Counted from the stretch's first letter, positions 29,728 to 40,238 are shown. The stretch: 64,000 nucleotides of DNA from Candidatus Helarchaeota archaeon (GCA_019058315.1 JAHPZH010000001.1:149466-213465); one strand, 5' to 3'. Notes: a model not told the origin generated them from the letters alone. Numbers and translations: made by a program.

Positions 29728-30483
29728 ATGATAAGATCTAAATTTTTAATAACTTCTATAGGCAGTATATTTTTTACGGCGATTTCATTCCTATATGCTA
29801 TTATTCAAGATTTTATTCCTTTCTTAAAAATTAATAACACTCAATTTTTTTTCTTGATTTGTCCAGGATTAATCTCAATAGCGATTGGATTTTTGAAGTA
29901 CTATCAAGAATGTGAAAGTAAATACGCAAAGATATTACCTTTAGTAGTTTTTATTCTTGCTTTAGTTATTAGTGCCCTTTTAATTATATATTACTCCCTA
30001 TTGACAATTTATGAGTCGAATATTATATTTATACAAAATTATTTTACTTTATGGGCTATTTCGCACCATTTTTTTTGTCTATTATTTTTTTTAATTTCAT
30101 TCTATTTCTTTTTAGCTTCATATGATGAGAGACATTCTTCAACTTCAAGTGAAAGTACAAGTATTATTTCACTTAAAATATTAAGCGGTCTTGCAATATT
30201 AATTTTAATTTGCTATCATTGGAGTTGTTATAGTGTATATTATCAATCACAATTAAAGGATATTACGCTTAATTACACTGAAGAAATTGGATCTTTTTAT
30301 GGTGGAACTTGGAAATTTAAATATAGCGATGAAGAGATTTTTGGTTTTATAATGGCACTAATTTTTCTTATAAAAAGTGGAATTGTTTTTGATTTAAAAC
30401 GATGGACATTGTCTTTTTGGTCTATTGGGGTAATAGGGATCCTTATTAGTCTAATTATGTATTTTGAATATACTAGAGACTGA
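29728..30483 (+). CDS. Multi-pass membrane protein of unknown function
   Basis: About 7 hydrophobic segments. Confidence 0.55.
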   Translation: MIRSKFLITSIGSIFFTAISFLYAIIQDFIPFLKINNTQFFFLICPGLISIAIGFLKYYQECESKYAKILPLVVFILALVISALLIIYYSLLTIYESNIIFIQNYFTLWAISHHFFCLLFFLISFYFFLASYDERHSSTSSESTSIISLKILSGLAILILICYHWSCYSVYYQSQLKDITLNYTEEIGSFYGGTWKFKYSDEEIFGFIMALIFLIKSGIVFDLKRWTLSFWSIGVIGILISLIMYFEYTRD

Positions 30484-30487
30484 ATTT

Positions 30488-31597
30488 TTATTGGGATTTC
30501 CATCCTCCGGGTAAAAATCCAAAATATTTTTCAACAGCTTCATCAGCGGGCTTAAAAACTGACATTTCCACGGATCCTTCTAAATAATTGGAAAATTCAG
30601 ATTCAAAAAAATCAGTAAATTTGTTCAATGCTATTTTTAAAGTCCCTGATGATGTATTAGAAACAATGAAAGCACCCATACTTTCTCTTAAATCCAATAA
30701 AATATGATGGTCTCCAAAGATAATCTCTTTCATTTGTGATTTAATCCCGAAAGCTTCTTCCATAAAGGCTCGTATTCCTGAAATCATGCCAGAGATAAGA
30801 CCCTCATCAAGTTTTTTAGAAGGATCAAAAATTTTAGTAAAAAGATTAATTCCTGAAGCATTAATTACCATAAGACTCTCAACCTCAAAGGGTAAAACAA
30901 AAGCAACGTCTGGATCTTTTACGTATGCCATTCCTTGCAAAGCCACACTAATTCCACTGACTAATAACATTAATGCTGGAAAAAAAATGATCATTCTAAC
31001 TATAGAGGCAATTATATTTCCAAAAACTCCAAATACAGCGCCCACTATAAACCAAATTGCTTGATCTTTTTGTGCAGAAGTAACTGCAACTTTTCTAACT
31101 CGATATGCAGTTATTATGTATTCTAGACCAATTCCTAGTAGAATTATTGCCTGAATAATGGAGAATAAAGTAGAAGGTCTTGTTAAATATCCAAAATTTT
31201 GAATATCTTCTAATCTTAAATAACTGTAGAATGGATTAATTATCATCAATACGATAGTCCAACTTACTGCACAAGCAAAGAAAATAGCCCTTGGCATATT
31301 TATTTTATCATAATTTATAATTTCTAGAAATAAGAAGAGAGCATAAAATCCTAAATAGGAAGAAGTTATAGCAACAACTGCAAAGGAATAAGCAGCGATT
31401 CTAGGTTCGAATATTGGATAAAATGTAGAACCTATTGCCCAAAAATTAGCAAGAGCAAAATAGCTTGCAAAGATTAAAGTAGATGAGTTTCTCGATTTAA
31501 AATAACTATGTATTAATATTATTATAATTATAGTCATAATTATAACTGCAATTATTCCTATGATTAAATGGGGATAAAACGTACTTCCAATTGGCAA
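30488..31597 (-). CDS. Multi-pass (about 7TM) membrane protein with C-terminal longin-like domain
   Basis: Hydrophobic N-terminal 230 aa, then VINASGINLF..LISGMISGIRAFMEE..LNKFTDFFESEF..F..ADEAVEKYF; GGGAG RBS before TTG. Confidence 0.65.
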   Translation of the reverse strand: MPIGSTFYPHLIIGIIAVIIMTIIIIILIHSYFKSRNSSTLIFASYFALANFWAIGSTFYPIFEPRIAAYSFAVVAITSSYLGFYALFLFLEIINYDKINMPRAIFFACAVSWTIVLMIINPFYSYLRLEDIQNFGYLTRPSTLFSIIQAIILLGIGLEYIITAYRVRKVAVTSAQKDQAIWFIVGAVFGVFGNIIASIVRMIIFFPALMLLVSGISVALQGMAYVKDPDVAFVLPFEVESLMVINASGINLFTKIFDPSKKLDEGLISGMISGIRAFMEEAFGIKSQMKEIIFGDHHILLDLRESMGAFIVSNTSSGTLKIALNKFTDFFESEFSNYLEGSVEMSVFKPADEAVEKYFGFLPGGWKSQ

Positions 31598-31699
31598 ATA
31601 ATTACTCCCTTTTTTTTATTATTTTTTATTATTATTAGTTATAGATTTTAAAATTATATTTTAAAATATCACGATTACAGTATTAAAATAATTATAAAA

Positions 31700-31719
31700 T
31701 ACTATGAATGTTCATAGTA
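31700..31719. promoter_or_regulatory. Inverted repeat immediately downstream of the thiolase TATA box (putative repressor operator)
   Basis: TACTATGAA-TG-TTCATAGTA with perfect 9-bp arms, directly after TTATAAAA (31692-31699). Confidence 0.6.
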
Positions 31720-31747
31720 AATGTTTTTTTTAAATAGGTGAAGAATT

Positions 31748-33037
31748 TTGACAGAATTAAAAGAATGTGTAGTAGTTGATGCTATCAGATCCCCTCTTGG
31801 GCGATCTGGTTGGAAAGCCGCTAAAAAGAAAGGACAATTATATTATTCAACAGCTCACGAATTAGCATCTCAAGCACTTTCGACCCTAGTGAAACGAGTT
31901 CAAAACAAAGCACCAGATTTCAAACCTGAAATGATAGAAGACGTTGGCTGGAGTGTTTCCGCCCAATTTGGTGAACAAGGTGGAAACCTTGGCAGAATTG
32001 CAATCCTTGTTGCTGACTTACCAAACCAAATTGCAGGATGGACCGTTGATCGCTACTGTAATGCGGGATTACAAGCTATAAACTCCCAAGCACAAGCAAT
32101 CATGACTGGATGCGGTGATATTATGGTTGCAGGAGGTTGTGAATTTATGTCAAAATATCCTCTAGGATCTTCTATTTTAGCAGAGGTTAAAGATGGGCGT
32201 AAAAATAAACCGCATAAGAAATTCATAAAGAAGACAATAATAATGGGACTTGCCGCAGAAAAGGTGGCGGCAAAGTGGAAACTTAAACGAGAAGAATTAG
32301 ATGAATTCAGCGCCTCAAGCCACCGTAAAGCGGTGAAAGCGATGCGAGATGAAGAATGGTACAAAAAACGAATTTGTCCACTTGAGGTGGAAGAATATGA
32401 TCCAAAAACTGATAAAAAAATAAGAGATGAAAATGGGAAGACGAAAATCAAAATAGTTAATAAGGATGAAACACCCAGAGCAGTTTATTTAGATAACCCC
32501 GAAGCAGCAATGGAAAAAATTAGAAGTTTAAAACCTCGTTTTCAAGCCGATGGTGTAGTAACAGCGGGAAATTCGAGTCAAATTTCAGATGGAGCTTCAG
32601 CTGTTATGCTTATGTCACGTGAAAAAGCAGAGGAATTAGGATTAAAACCAATGGTTGTTATACGTTCAATGGCAGTATCTGGATCAGATCCAATTTTAAT
32701 GCTTGAAGGTCCTATTCCTGCCCAAGAAAAAGCATTAGCCCGTTCGGGGATGGAAATGTCAGAAATGGATATTATTGAACCGAACGAAGCTTTTGCCAGT
32801 CCTGTCTTGGCATTTGCAAAACATTTTGAATATGATTTTATGGATCCACGTGTTAACCCTACTGGTGGTGCTATTGCTTTAGGACACCCAATTGGAAACT
32901 CTGGTGTGTTATATTTTGTAGAAATGATATGGGAACTAATTCATAAAAATAAGCGATGGGGCATCGAAACTCTTTGTGGTGGTGGTGGAGTTGGCATTGC
33001 AACTATTGTGGAAAATGAAAAAAAGTTCAAACCTTAA
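31748..33037 (+). CDS. Thiolase (acetyl-CoA C-acyltransferase)
   Basis: DRYCNAG catalytic Cys, TAGNSSQISDGA, NEAF, GGAIALGHPIG, CGGGG. Confidence 0.95.
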   Translation: MTELKECVVVDAIRSPLGRSGWKAAKKKGQLYYSTAHELASQALSTLVKRVQNKAPDFKPEMIEDVGWSVSAQFGEQGGNLGRIAILVADLPNQIAGWTVDRYCNAGLQAINSQAQAIMTGCGDIMVAGGCEFMSKYPLGSSILAEVKDGRKNKPHKKFIKKTIIMGLAAEKVAAKWKLKREELDEFSASSHRKAVKAMRDEEWYKKRICPLEVEEYDPKTDKKIRDENGKTKIKIVNKDETPRAVYLDNPEAAMEKIRSLKPRFQADGVVTAGNSSQISDGASAVMLMSREKAEELGLKPMVVIRSMAVSGSDPILMLEGPIPAQEKALARSGMEMSEMDIIEPNEAFASPVLAFAKHFEYDFMDPRVNPTGGAIALGHPIGNSGVLYFVEMIWELIHKNKRWGIETLCGGGGVGIATIVENEKKFKP

Positions 33038-33100
33038 TTTTTAGAAATTAAATAAATTAAAAAATTTTCAAAACCTCTTTTTTTAATTAGGTGAAAAATA

Positions 33101-33685
33101 TTGTTAGAATTAAAATCAAAATATTTTGAAAAAGCTGGTAAGGAAAATACTGAAGAAACATTAAAAATTGCTAAGAGTTTTGCTGAAAAAAAAGGAATTA
33201 AAGATATAGTTGTTGCATCCACTGTTGGAGAAACTGGAGTACAAGCTGCAAAAATATTTCCTACAAGTGATTATAATTTGGTTGTAGTCACTCATTCTTA
33301 TGGATTTATGAAAAATATTAAGCAAGAACTTGATGATAATAATAGAGCCATATTAGAAAAGAATAAAGTAAAAATTTTATCAGCGACTCATGCATTTTCT
33401 GGAGTTGAAAGAGCATATAGAACAGGGTTGAAACCTCAAATATGGTTTCCAGTTGAATTAATTGCGAAAACAATAAGGTCAGTTTTTGGACAGGGAACAA
33501 AAGTGTGTATGGAAATTGGACTTATGGCAGCTGACGCTGGCTTGATAGACATGGAAAGTGACGTTATTTGTATAGGAGGAACTGGAAGAGGGGCTGATAC
33601 GGCAGTAATACTGAAACCTGCTTATTCATCATACTTCTTAAAAATGAAAGTAAGAGAAATTATATGTAAACCAAGAGATTTTTAG
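33101..33685 (+). CDS. Pyruvate kinase C-terminal-like alpha/beta protein (MTH1675/DUF1867 type)
   Basis: YFEKAGKENT, VVASTVGETG, VVVTH, FGQGTKVCMEI..MAADAG, GGTGRGADTA. Confidence 0.85.
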   Translation: MLELKSKYFEKAGKENTEETLKIAKSFAEKKGIKDIVVASTVGETGVQAAKIFPTSDYNLVVVTHSYGFMKNIKQELDDNNRAILEKNKVKILSATHAFSGVERAYRTGLKPQIWFPVELIAKTIRSVFGQGTKVCMEIGLMAADAGLIDMESDVICIGGTGRGADTAVILKPAYSSYFLKMKVREIICKPRDF

Positions 33686-33687
33686 TA

Positions 33688-34245
33688 TTATTCGCTAGAA
33701 AACCCTAATTCCTCTATTTCTTGTAATAATTGTTGAACAGCTTGCTGAACATCGGTTTCTGATTTTGCTCCAACACAAACAATTTTTCCACTAGCAAAAA
33801 TTAGGAATACAACTTTTGGTGTTTGCATTCTATAAATAAGACCCGGAAATACTTCAGGTTCATATAATGCTCTCTCTAAACTTATTGACATTAAATCTAA
33901 GTTTAATCTTAAATTAAGATCTCCACTAGCAACAATATTCTGAATCTTTATTTCGGGTTCACTTGTTACTTTTGCCCCAAACTTCTTTATAACTTTTAAA
34001 ACTTTTTCGGTAATGGGGCCAACATCTTTCTCCTTTTTCAACCCTGTTAAAACAAGCTTTCCTGTAGAAAAAACTAGGATAGTACTTTTTGGATTTTGTA
34101 TCCGAAAAATTAGTCCCGGAAAGGTGTCGGGATTATATTCCGTATTTTTATTCTTCATAGCTATATTATTTAGGTCAATAATTTTCTCAATTCCAAATCT
34201 AACGGAGGCAACAATATTCACAATTTTATACGTCGGTTTTGACAA
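33688..34245 (-). CDS. tbp: TATA-box binding protein
   Basis: Two repeats: NIVAS...YNPDTFPGLIFR...VFSTGK and NIVAS...YEPEVFPGLIYR...IFASGK. Confidence 0.97.
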   Translation of the reverse strand: MSKPTYKIVNIVASVRFGIEKIIDLNNIAMKNKNTEYNPDTFPGLIFRIQNPKSTILVFSTGKLVLTGLKKEKDVGPITEKVLKVIKKFGAKVTSEPEIKIQNIVASGDLNLRLNLDLMSISLERALYEPEVFPGLIYRMQTPKVVFLIFASGKIVCVGAKSETDVQQAVQQLLQEIEELGFSSE

Positions 34246-34413
34246 ATAAAATCCTCTTTTATTGGTTATAAATCTAAAATTTCATGAATTTTTACATTTT
34301 CTTGGCAAAATATGTTTAAAAAATTAAGATTATCCACATTTATAAATAAAGTGTTTTTAAACCTTATAAATATTCTTTATAAATGAAGTTTTTTATTTAT
34401 AAAGGATTTTTTA

Positions 34414-35514
34414 TTATCCCACGGTAAATTTATCCACTGACCCGCCAAGCGGATCTTTAATTATAACTCCTTTTTTATTAATAATATTTCCGATTAGTTT
34501 CCCCTCAATTTTATGTTTATCACAAATTTTCTGCATTATTTCTAAATTATCTTTAGAAGTTACAATACAAAAACCAATTCCCATATTAAAAGTCCTATAT
34601 GCTTCAACATTAGAAATGTTGGTAATTCTTTGAATGTCTTGAAAAATCATTGGAGGTTTTGGAAGGGATGTAAGTTCAAATCCGATTTCTTTAAAACTTA
34701 GCCTCATAAGTTTTGAGAATGCACCACCTGTAATATGAGCTAGTCCATGCACTTCCACGTTCTTAATTATATCTAATACTACTTTTACATAGATTTTTGT
34801 AGGTCTTAAAAGTTCATCTCCTATTGAATGCCCAGTATCACAGAATTCGTCTGTGACTTTACATTTTTCTTTTTCAAAATATGTTTTTCTCGCCAAAGTT
34901 AAACCATTTGAATGGATACCATTACTTTCCAAACCAAATATTATATCATCAACTTCAATTTTTTCCCCATTGATGACTTCTTCTTTCTGGACAAACCCTA
35001 AACTTACTCCTGCTAAGTCAAATCCCTTTTCTTTAACTGATCCTTTAATAATATCCGGAATGATTGCTGTTTCTCCTCCAATAACTGCCATATTTGCTTC
35101 TTTAGCTCCAGCGACAACTCCTTTCATTATCTCTGAAACGATTTGATCATCAATTTTTTCGACTGCTAAATAATCAAGGAGACAAATAGGTTCGGCACCT
35201 ATACAGATTAAATCATTGGCATTCATAGCGACAAGATCAATACCAACAGTATCATATTTATTCATCATTTGTGCAACTAAGACTTTTGTGCCGACTCCGT
35301 CAGCGTGTAGCGCTAAGCAAATATTTCCTACATCTATTAAGCTAGCATAATGCCCATATTCACCAAGAACTCCTCCAAACTCTCCTTTACGAAATTTGAA
35401 AGTTTCTTTTATTAGTTCCCCAATTATATTATGTGCATCTTTCGCTTTCTTTACACTTACACCAGATTTTTCATATGTATATGAATCTTTCACAGAATCC
35501 GTCTTTAATTTCAT
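34414..35514 (-). CDS. purM: Phosphoribosylaminoimidazole (AIR) synthetase
   Basis: TYEKSGV, DGVGTK, GIDLVAMNAND, GGETA, SNGIHSNG, AHITGG, TFNMGIG. Confidence 0.95.
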   Translation of the reverse strand: MKLKTDSVKDSYTYEKSGVSVKKAKDAHNIIGELIKETFKFRKGEFGGVLGEYGHYASLIDVGNICLALHADGVGTKVLVAQMMNKYDTVGIDLVAMNANDLICIGAEPICLLDYLAVEKIDDQIVSEIMKGVVAGAKEANMAVIGGETAIIPDIIKGSVKEKGFDLAGVSLGFVQKEEVINGEKIEVDDIIFGLESNGIHSNGLTLARKTYFEKEKCKVTDEFCDTGHSIGDELLRPTKIYVKVVLDIIKNVEVHGLAHITGGAFSKLMRLSFKEIGFELTSLPKPPMIFQDIQRITNISNVEAYRTFNMGIGFCIVTSKDNLEIMQKICDKHKIEGKLIGNIINKKGVIIKDPLGGSVDKFTVG

Positions 35515-35661
35515 TTCTTGTTACCAACAAACTATTTTTTATAGACATAATTACAAAGATAATTGAGATTTTAAAATTTTTAATAATTTTAGATTAAATT
35601 AATATTATAAAAGAGAATAATTCTGATCTGAATTAAAATCTATTTCAAATCTATTAATTGG

Positions 35662-36036
35662 TTGAATATTATGAGTAAAGAAACTAGATTAAAGCATAGA
35701 GCGAAACCAAAAAAACAAGAAATCAAAATCAGTGAAGAAGAAAAGAAGCTTTTAGAGAAAATGAAGGATTTGGATAAAGGTCCAGAAATAACTAATGAGG
35801 AAGCATCAGTCTTGGATATTTTAACAAAAAGGAAAACAATTGACCAAATCACTCGTGAATTTAACCTCGCTCTAAAACCTTTAGGAAAACCAATCCTCTC
35901 TAAAGATCAAATCCTCAAGCTTTTAGATAGTTTGGAACAAAAGATGCTAATTAAAAAAATCGAGGCACCAATTGGCACGGTCTATGTGGATATAAAGCAT
36001 CTAAGATATAAAAAATTTGGCACAGATAAGCTCTAA
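35662..36036 (+). CDS. Hypothetical protein, winged-helix-like C-terminus
   Basis: SKDQILKLLDSLEQKMLIKK...GTVYV; probable start ATG at 35671. Confidence 0.55.
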   Translation: MNIMSKETRLKHRAKPKKQEIKISEEEKKLLEKMKDLDKGPEITNEEASVLDILTKRKTIDQITREFNLALKPLGKPILSKDQILKLLDSLEQKMLIKKIEAPIGTVYVDIKHLRYKKFGTDKL

Positions 36037-36068
36037 TATTGCAATCTACTTAAAAAGCAAAAAAGAAT

Positions 36069-36599
36069 TTATTTAGAAAAATGACTAGCACAATCAACAG
36101 CTAATTTTTGAAAAGTATCTTGAACATTTAAGCCGGACTTAGCTGAAGTCATGAAATAAGTTATACCTAATTCATCAACAAGTTTTTTAATTTCTTCTTC
36201 ATTAACTACAATTTGGTTAGTTAAATCTGACTTATTACACATTAGAACAAGAGGTATCTTTTCACCCGCACCAGTTAAAATATCTGTTACCCATTTTTTA
36301 ACATTATCAAAGGTTTCTTTTCGAGTTAAATCAAAAGCTATTATTCCTCCATGGGCTCCACTATAGTAAAAAGATCTAATCGATTGAAATCGATCATGTC
36401 CTCCAATATCCCAAACTGTCATTATAACTTGTGCATCGGGCAATTCAATAACTTTAAGATTAAAATCTGCTCCAATTGTTGGTAGATATGATGTATCGAA
36501 TTTGTTTTCAGAAAATCTTCGAATCAAAGAAGTCTTTCCGACTGCCGGATCCCCAATTACCACAATTTTAAAAGCTAATTTCTTCTCAATACTTGGCAT
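36069..36599 (-). CDS. Rab-like small GTPase
   Basis: G1 GDPAVGKTS, G2 YLPTIGADF, G3 WDIGGH, RFQSI/YYSGA, G4 NKSD, G5 TSAK. Confidence 0.93.
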   Translation of the reverse strand: MPSIEKKLAFKIVVIGDPAVGKTSLIRRFSENKFDTSYLPTIGADFNLKVIELPDAQVIMTVWDIGGHDRFQSIRSFYYSGAHGGIIAFDLTRKETFDNVKKWVTDILTGAGEKIPLVLMCNKSDLTNQIVVNEEEIKKLVDELGITYFMTSAKSGLNVQDTFQKLAVDCASHFSK

Positions 36600-36737
36600 A
36601 ATAAATGACTCCCTTTATTCTTTCATTTTTTAATGTTTGATATTTTTTTAAATCTTTATTCAATAATTGTACAATAGGATTATTTTCATTATTTAAATAA
36701 TTTTATCTTCAATAATAATAAATTAATATATTAAAAG

Positions 36738-37007
36738 ATGAATTATATGGTTTGGAGATACGTATTTTTTATTGTTTCCGTTATAATAACTATTTTATCA
36801 TTTTTCCTTTACATTTTTTTTGATTTTCCATTTTTATTCTTTTTATTATTTTTACCTCCTTTTTACTTATTTAATCGAAATAAGAAATCACAAGTTATTT
36901 CTCCCCCTCAACTCAAATGTAAAAATTGTGGAAGGGAGATTTATCAAAAAAATTATAAATTTTGTCCCTATTGTGGCGATAAACAAGATTGGAATAATAA
37001 AGAATAG
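36738..37007 (+). CDS. Small membrane-anchored zinc-ribbon protein
   Basis: Two hydrophobic helices followed by CKNC..FCPYCG. Confidence 0.65.
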   Translation: MNYMVWRYVFFIVSVIITILSFFLYIFFDFPFLFFLLFLPPFYLFNRNKKSQVISPPQLKCKNCGREIYQKNYKFCPYCGDKQDWNNKE

Positions 37008-37096
37008 AATGATTAATTAAAATTAAGATAAAGATTAAATTTTCACATTTTCAAAAATAATTAAGAAATGGTTTTGAAAAGCGAAAGGTTATTTTT

Positions 37097-37870
37097 ATGG
37101 CTTATTTTGATGTGCATTGTCATTTAGCTATATATCCAAATATTCAAAAAATAATTGAAAGGGCTAAAAAATTATCAATATCTATTATTGCAGTGAGTAT
37201 GGACCTTTCAGATAATAAAAAAACCTTGGATTTAGCTGAAAAATATAATAATGTATTTCCAATGTTAGCCTTACATCCCTTTTCACCGATATCAAGGAGT
37301 GCTCCAAATTTAGAAGAAGCAAAACTAGTTGCTACTATGATTGAGAAAAATCTTAATAAGCTAGCAGGTATCGGAGAAGTTGGACTAGATCATTATTTTT
37401 TAAAAGATAAGAATTCTTACGCAATTCAAAATGAAGTATTTAATTATTTTTTAGATCTTGCAGAAAAATATCAACTAGGAATTACTGTTCATGGAAAAAA
37501 TGCGGAAAGGGAAGTATTTGAACAATTAAAATCGAGAAAAATTCACTCTATTAGTATCCATTGGTATTCTGGTCCACAAGATTTAATAAATGAGGGTATT
37601 AAACGAGGTTATTATTTTTCAATAACACCTGCAGTATTGTATTCTGCTAAACACAGAATCGTTGTTGAAAAAGTCCCACTTGAACAATTATTAACCGAAT
37701 CAGATGGTCCTGTTAATTATAAAATTAAAAATAAATCGATAACAGGTGAACCAATTCATGTAGCTGATGTTGTTTCAGAAATCGCTAAAATAAAGAACCT
37801 TGAAACCGAAAAAGTCAAGCAAAAATTATATTTAAATGCAAAAAAAATATATGAAAAATCTAACCTTTAA
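37097..37870 (+). CDS. tatD: TatD family nuclease
   Basis: DVHCH, LHP, IGEVGLD, VH, IHWYSG, LLTESDGP. Confidence 0.92.
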   Translation: MAYFDVHCHLAIYPNIQKIIERAKKLSISIIAVSMDLSDNKKTLDLAEKYNNVFPMLALHPFSPISRSAPNLEEAKLVATMIEKNLNKLAGIGEVGLDHYFLKDKNSYAIQNEVFNYFLDLAEKYQLGITVHGKNAEREVFEQLKSRKIHSISIHWYSGPQDLINEGIKRGYYFSITPAVLYSAKHRIVVEKVPLEQLLTESDGPVNYKIKNKSITGEPIHVADVVSEIAKIKNLETEKVKQKLYLNAKKIYEKSNL

Positions 37871-37879
37871 ATTTTTTAA

Positions 37880-39052
37880 ATGTTAATTGATGTTTTCCTC
37901 ATGCAAAATATTATTATCTGGCTTCAAATAAACACTGCGAATTTTTTACGAGAGTGGCAGATAAGCAGTTTATTAGTTCAAGCTGCATTATTATTGGTTG
38001 GTTTTGCAATCTATTTTAAAATGGGGATCTCTGTTCCGGAAGTTCCAGATTTAAGAGTATATTATTATAAACTTTCACAATTTTTTGGAATTTTTTCATT
38101 TAGTATTGTTATAAACATTGCTGGAGTCTATTATGCATCAAATTTACAACTTTCATATATGTTAAAAACCTTATCTATTGGAATAGGACTTTTAGATATA
38201 ACTATATTAATCAGAAATTTGAATAGATTGGAAATTATCAAGCTTAATAAAAATATATTATATATATTATTAGGAATGACTGGTTTTGTTCTAATTCTTA
38301 GCTTAGCTCCTAATAATATAATTGCTCCAATAATTTCTCTCCCAATTTGGTTCTTAATTCCCTCTATCTTCTTCTATATCTCATATCGTAAAGAAGATAA
38401 ACTGCGCTTCCAAAGTATTTTTCTCGCTCTAGGGTTTTTATTATTTTTTGGAGGAGTAATCGAAATTCCAAATATACTTGATTCTTTAATTCCTAATATT
38501 CGCTATTCTTCGGACTCTATTTTTTCCCTTTATTACAATTTCTTAAGTTTTGGAATGACATATATCGGTTTAATATTAGTTTTATACTTTGGACAGGTAA
38601 ATTATTTAAAAGAAACAAAATGGTTAGCAAGAATAAATTCAATTTATGTTTTGAGGAAAACTGGGGAATTTATTGTTTATAAAGAATTTAAAACTGATGA
38701 TATTTCTCCAAAAATAGCTGAAAAACAAGAGCTGATTAAGGAAATTATTGAGAGCTCAATTAAATCACAAAAATCCTTAAAATTATTACTTGGAAATCTA
38801 ATTAAATTAGATAAGTCTATGAAAATAATAGAAAAAGAGGATAAAGTCTATATTTTTAAAGAGGGGATTCATGTAAATGCTCTATTAATTACAAATGAGA
38901 AGGGAGAATTCTATGAAAACAAATTACAAAGATTTGTGAGAAATTTTGAATTATATTATGATGAATTTTTATTAAATTGGACTGGAAACCTTGATCTTTT
39001 TGAAACTTCTTATGCATTAATTGATCAATATTTTCCAATAGGAGGGGAATAA
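37880..39052 (+). CDS. Multi-pass membrane protein with C-terminal longin-like domain
   Basis: About 7 TM segments, then IYVLRKTGEFIV...KLQRFVRNFELYY..WTGNLDLF..LIDQYF. Confidence 0.65.
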   Translation: MLIDVFLMQNIIIWLQINTANFLREWQISSLLVQAALLLVGFAIYFKMGISVPEVPDLRVYYYKLSQFFGIFSFSIVINIAGVYYASNLQLSYMLKTLSIGIGLLDITILIRNLNRLEIIKLNKNILYILLGMTGFVLILSLAPNNIIAPIISLPIWFLIPSIFFYISYRKEDKLRFQSIFLALGFLLFFGGVIEIPNILDSLIPNIRYSSDSIFSLYYNFLSFGMTYIGLILVLYFGQVNYLKETKWLARINSIYVLRKTGEFIVYKEFKTDDISPKIAEKQELIKEIIESSIKSQKSLKLLLGNLIKLDKSMKIIEKEDKVYIFKEGIHVNALLITNEKGEFYENKLQRFVRNFELYYDEFLLNWTGNLDLFETSYALIDQYFPIGGE

Positions 39053-39054
39053 GA

Positions 39055-40116
39055 ATAGAAATCTATTATTTCTTCAGGGAGATAGAATTAGCTAACATCC
39101 AAATCGCTTTTACTTTATTATTAATTTCATTCTTAAATACAATAAGAAAAGTATACAAACCAGAAGATACTTCATTAGGGATATACAATACAGGTTTAGC
39201 TAGTTTTTTTCTATGTAATGCACTAAATTTTATTTTTAGATATATCGATCTATATTATCCTTCATTTATTCATTATGAAATGTTAATATATTCTAGAATT
39301 GTAATCATGATTGGAGTAACTTCATTAATTGCAACATTTGAAATATCAAAAATTTTGAAATCAAAAGGTATCGTTACTATTTCATTTATTATCGTGACTA
39401 TAATTAGTAATATTATTGCTCCGATGTCGATAATCATAATGTTCATCTCAGGTATTATGCATGTAATTGCTTCTACTGTATATTTCTACTTTGCAATAAA
39501 AGAAAAAGGTCTTATTCGCTATCAAGCCTTTTTTACTGGTTTAGGAATTTTCGCCGTATTAATAGGAGCAACACTTCGCCCTTCAGATATTAAAACAATT
39601 TTTCCTAATTTAGTTCAATTTTTTCAAGCTAATATCATATTACCCATTGAAATTTATCCATTTTTTCTAATTTATGCTGGATTATTGTTAATGGTTATAT
39701 TTCAAGTTAATTTCATCATCAAACTTCAATGGATGAAACAAATTAAAAGTCTATATTTGCTTACTCCTTCTGGAATATCTTTACTTGAAAAGCATTATGA
39801 AGACAGAACTCCCACTAAATACTCCCAAGATAAGAATATTGATATTAGAAATATTCTTGATAAAATTGATAAAGAGAAAAAAATTGAAAAATTGGATTTA
39901 AACAATTCAAAAATATTATTGGGCTATGGTGATCGAATTATTGGCGTCTTAGTAGTAAATGAAGCCTTAATGATATTGTCCAAAAAATTAAAAAAATTTA
40001 TTAAAGACTTTGAATGTTTATTTCGCGATATTTTACCCAAATTAGAAAATGTCAATTTAGAGATATTCAAACCAGCCTATGTCCTTCTAAATCGCCAATT
40101 TTCACCCTCGAATTAA
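39055..40116 (+). CDS. Multi-pass membrane protein with C-terminal longin-like domain, paralog of the preceding gene; probable AUA start
   Basis: The frame is open from 39025 with no ATG/GTG/TTG before 39280. ATA at 39055 lies 7 nt after GGAGGGG, and the extension aligns with the N-terminus of 37880..39052. Confidence 0.65.
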   Translation: MEIYYFFREIELANIQIAFTLLLISFLNTIRKVYKPEDTSLGIYNTGLASFFLCNALNFIFRYIDLYYPSFIHYEMLIYSRIVIMIGVTSLIATFEISKILKSKGIVTISFIIVTIISNIIAPMSIIIMFISGIMHVIASTVYFYFAIKEKGLIRYQAFFTGLGIFAVLIGATLRPSDIKTIFPNLVQFFQANIILPIEIYPFFLIYAGLLLMVIFQVNFIIKLQWMKQIKSLYLLTPSGISLLEKHYEDRTPTKYSQDKNIDIRNILDKIDKEKKIEKLDLNNSKILLGYGDRIIGVLVVNEALMILSKKLKKFIKDFECLFRDILPKLENVNLEIFKPAYVLLNRQFSPSN

Positions 40117-40238
40117 TTAAAAATACTCAAATAAATACAAAATTTTTATAAATTTAATTATCCATTAAAAAAAATCAAGATAAGATATAATTAATTTAAA
40201 TATTTTTAATATTTTAATAAAATCTGGTTATTAAAGTC

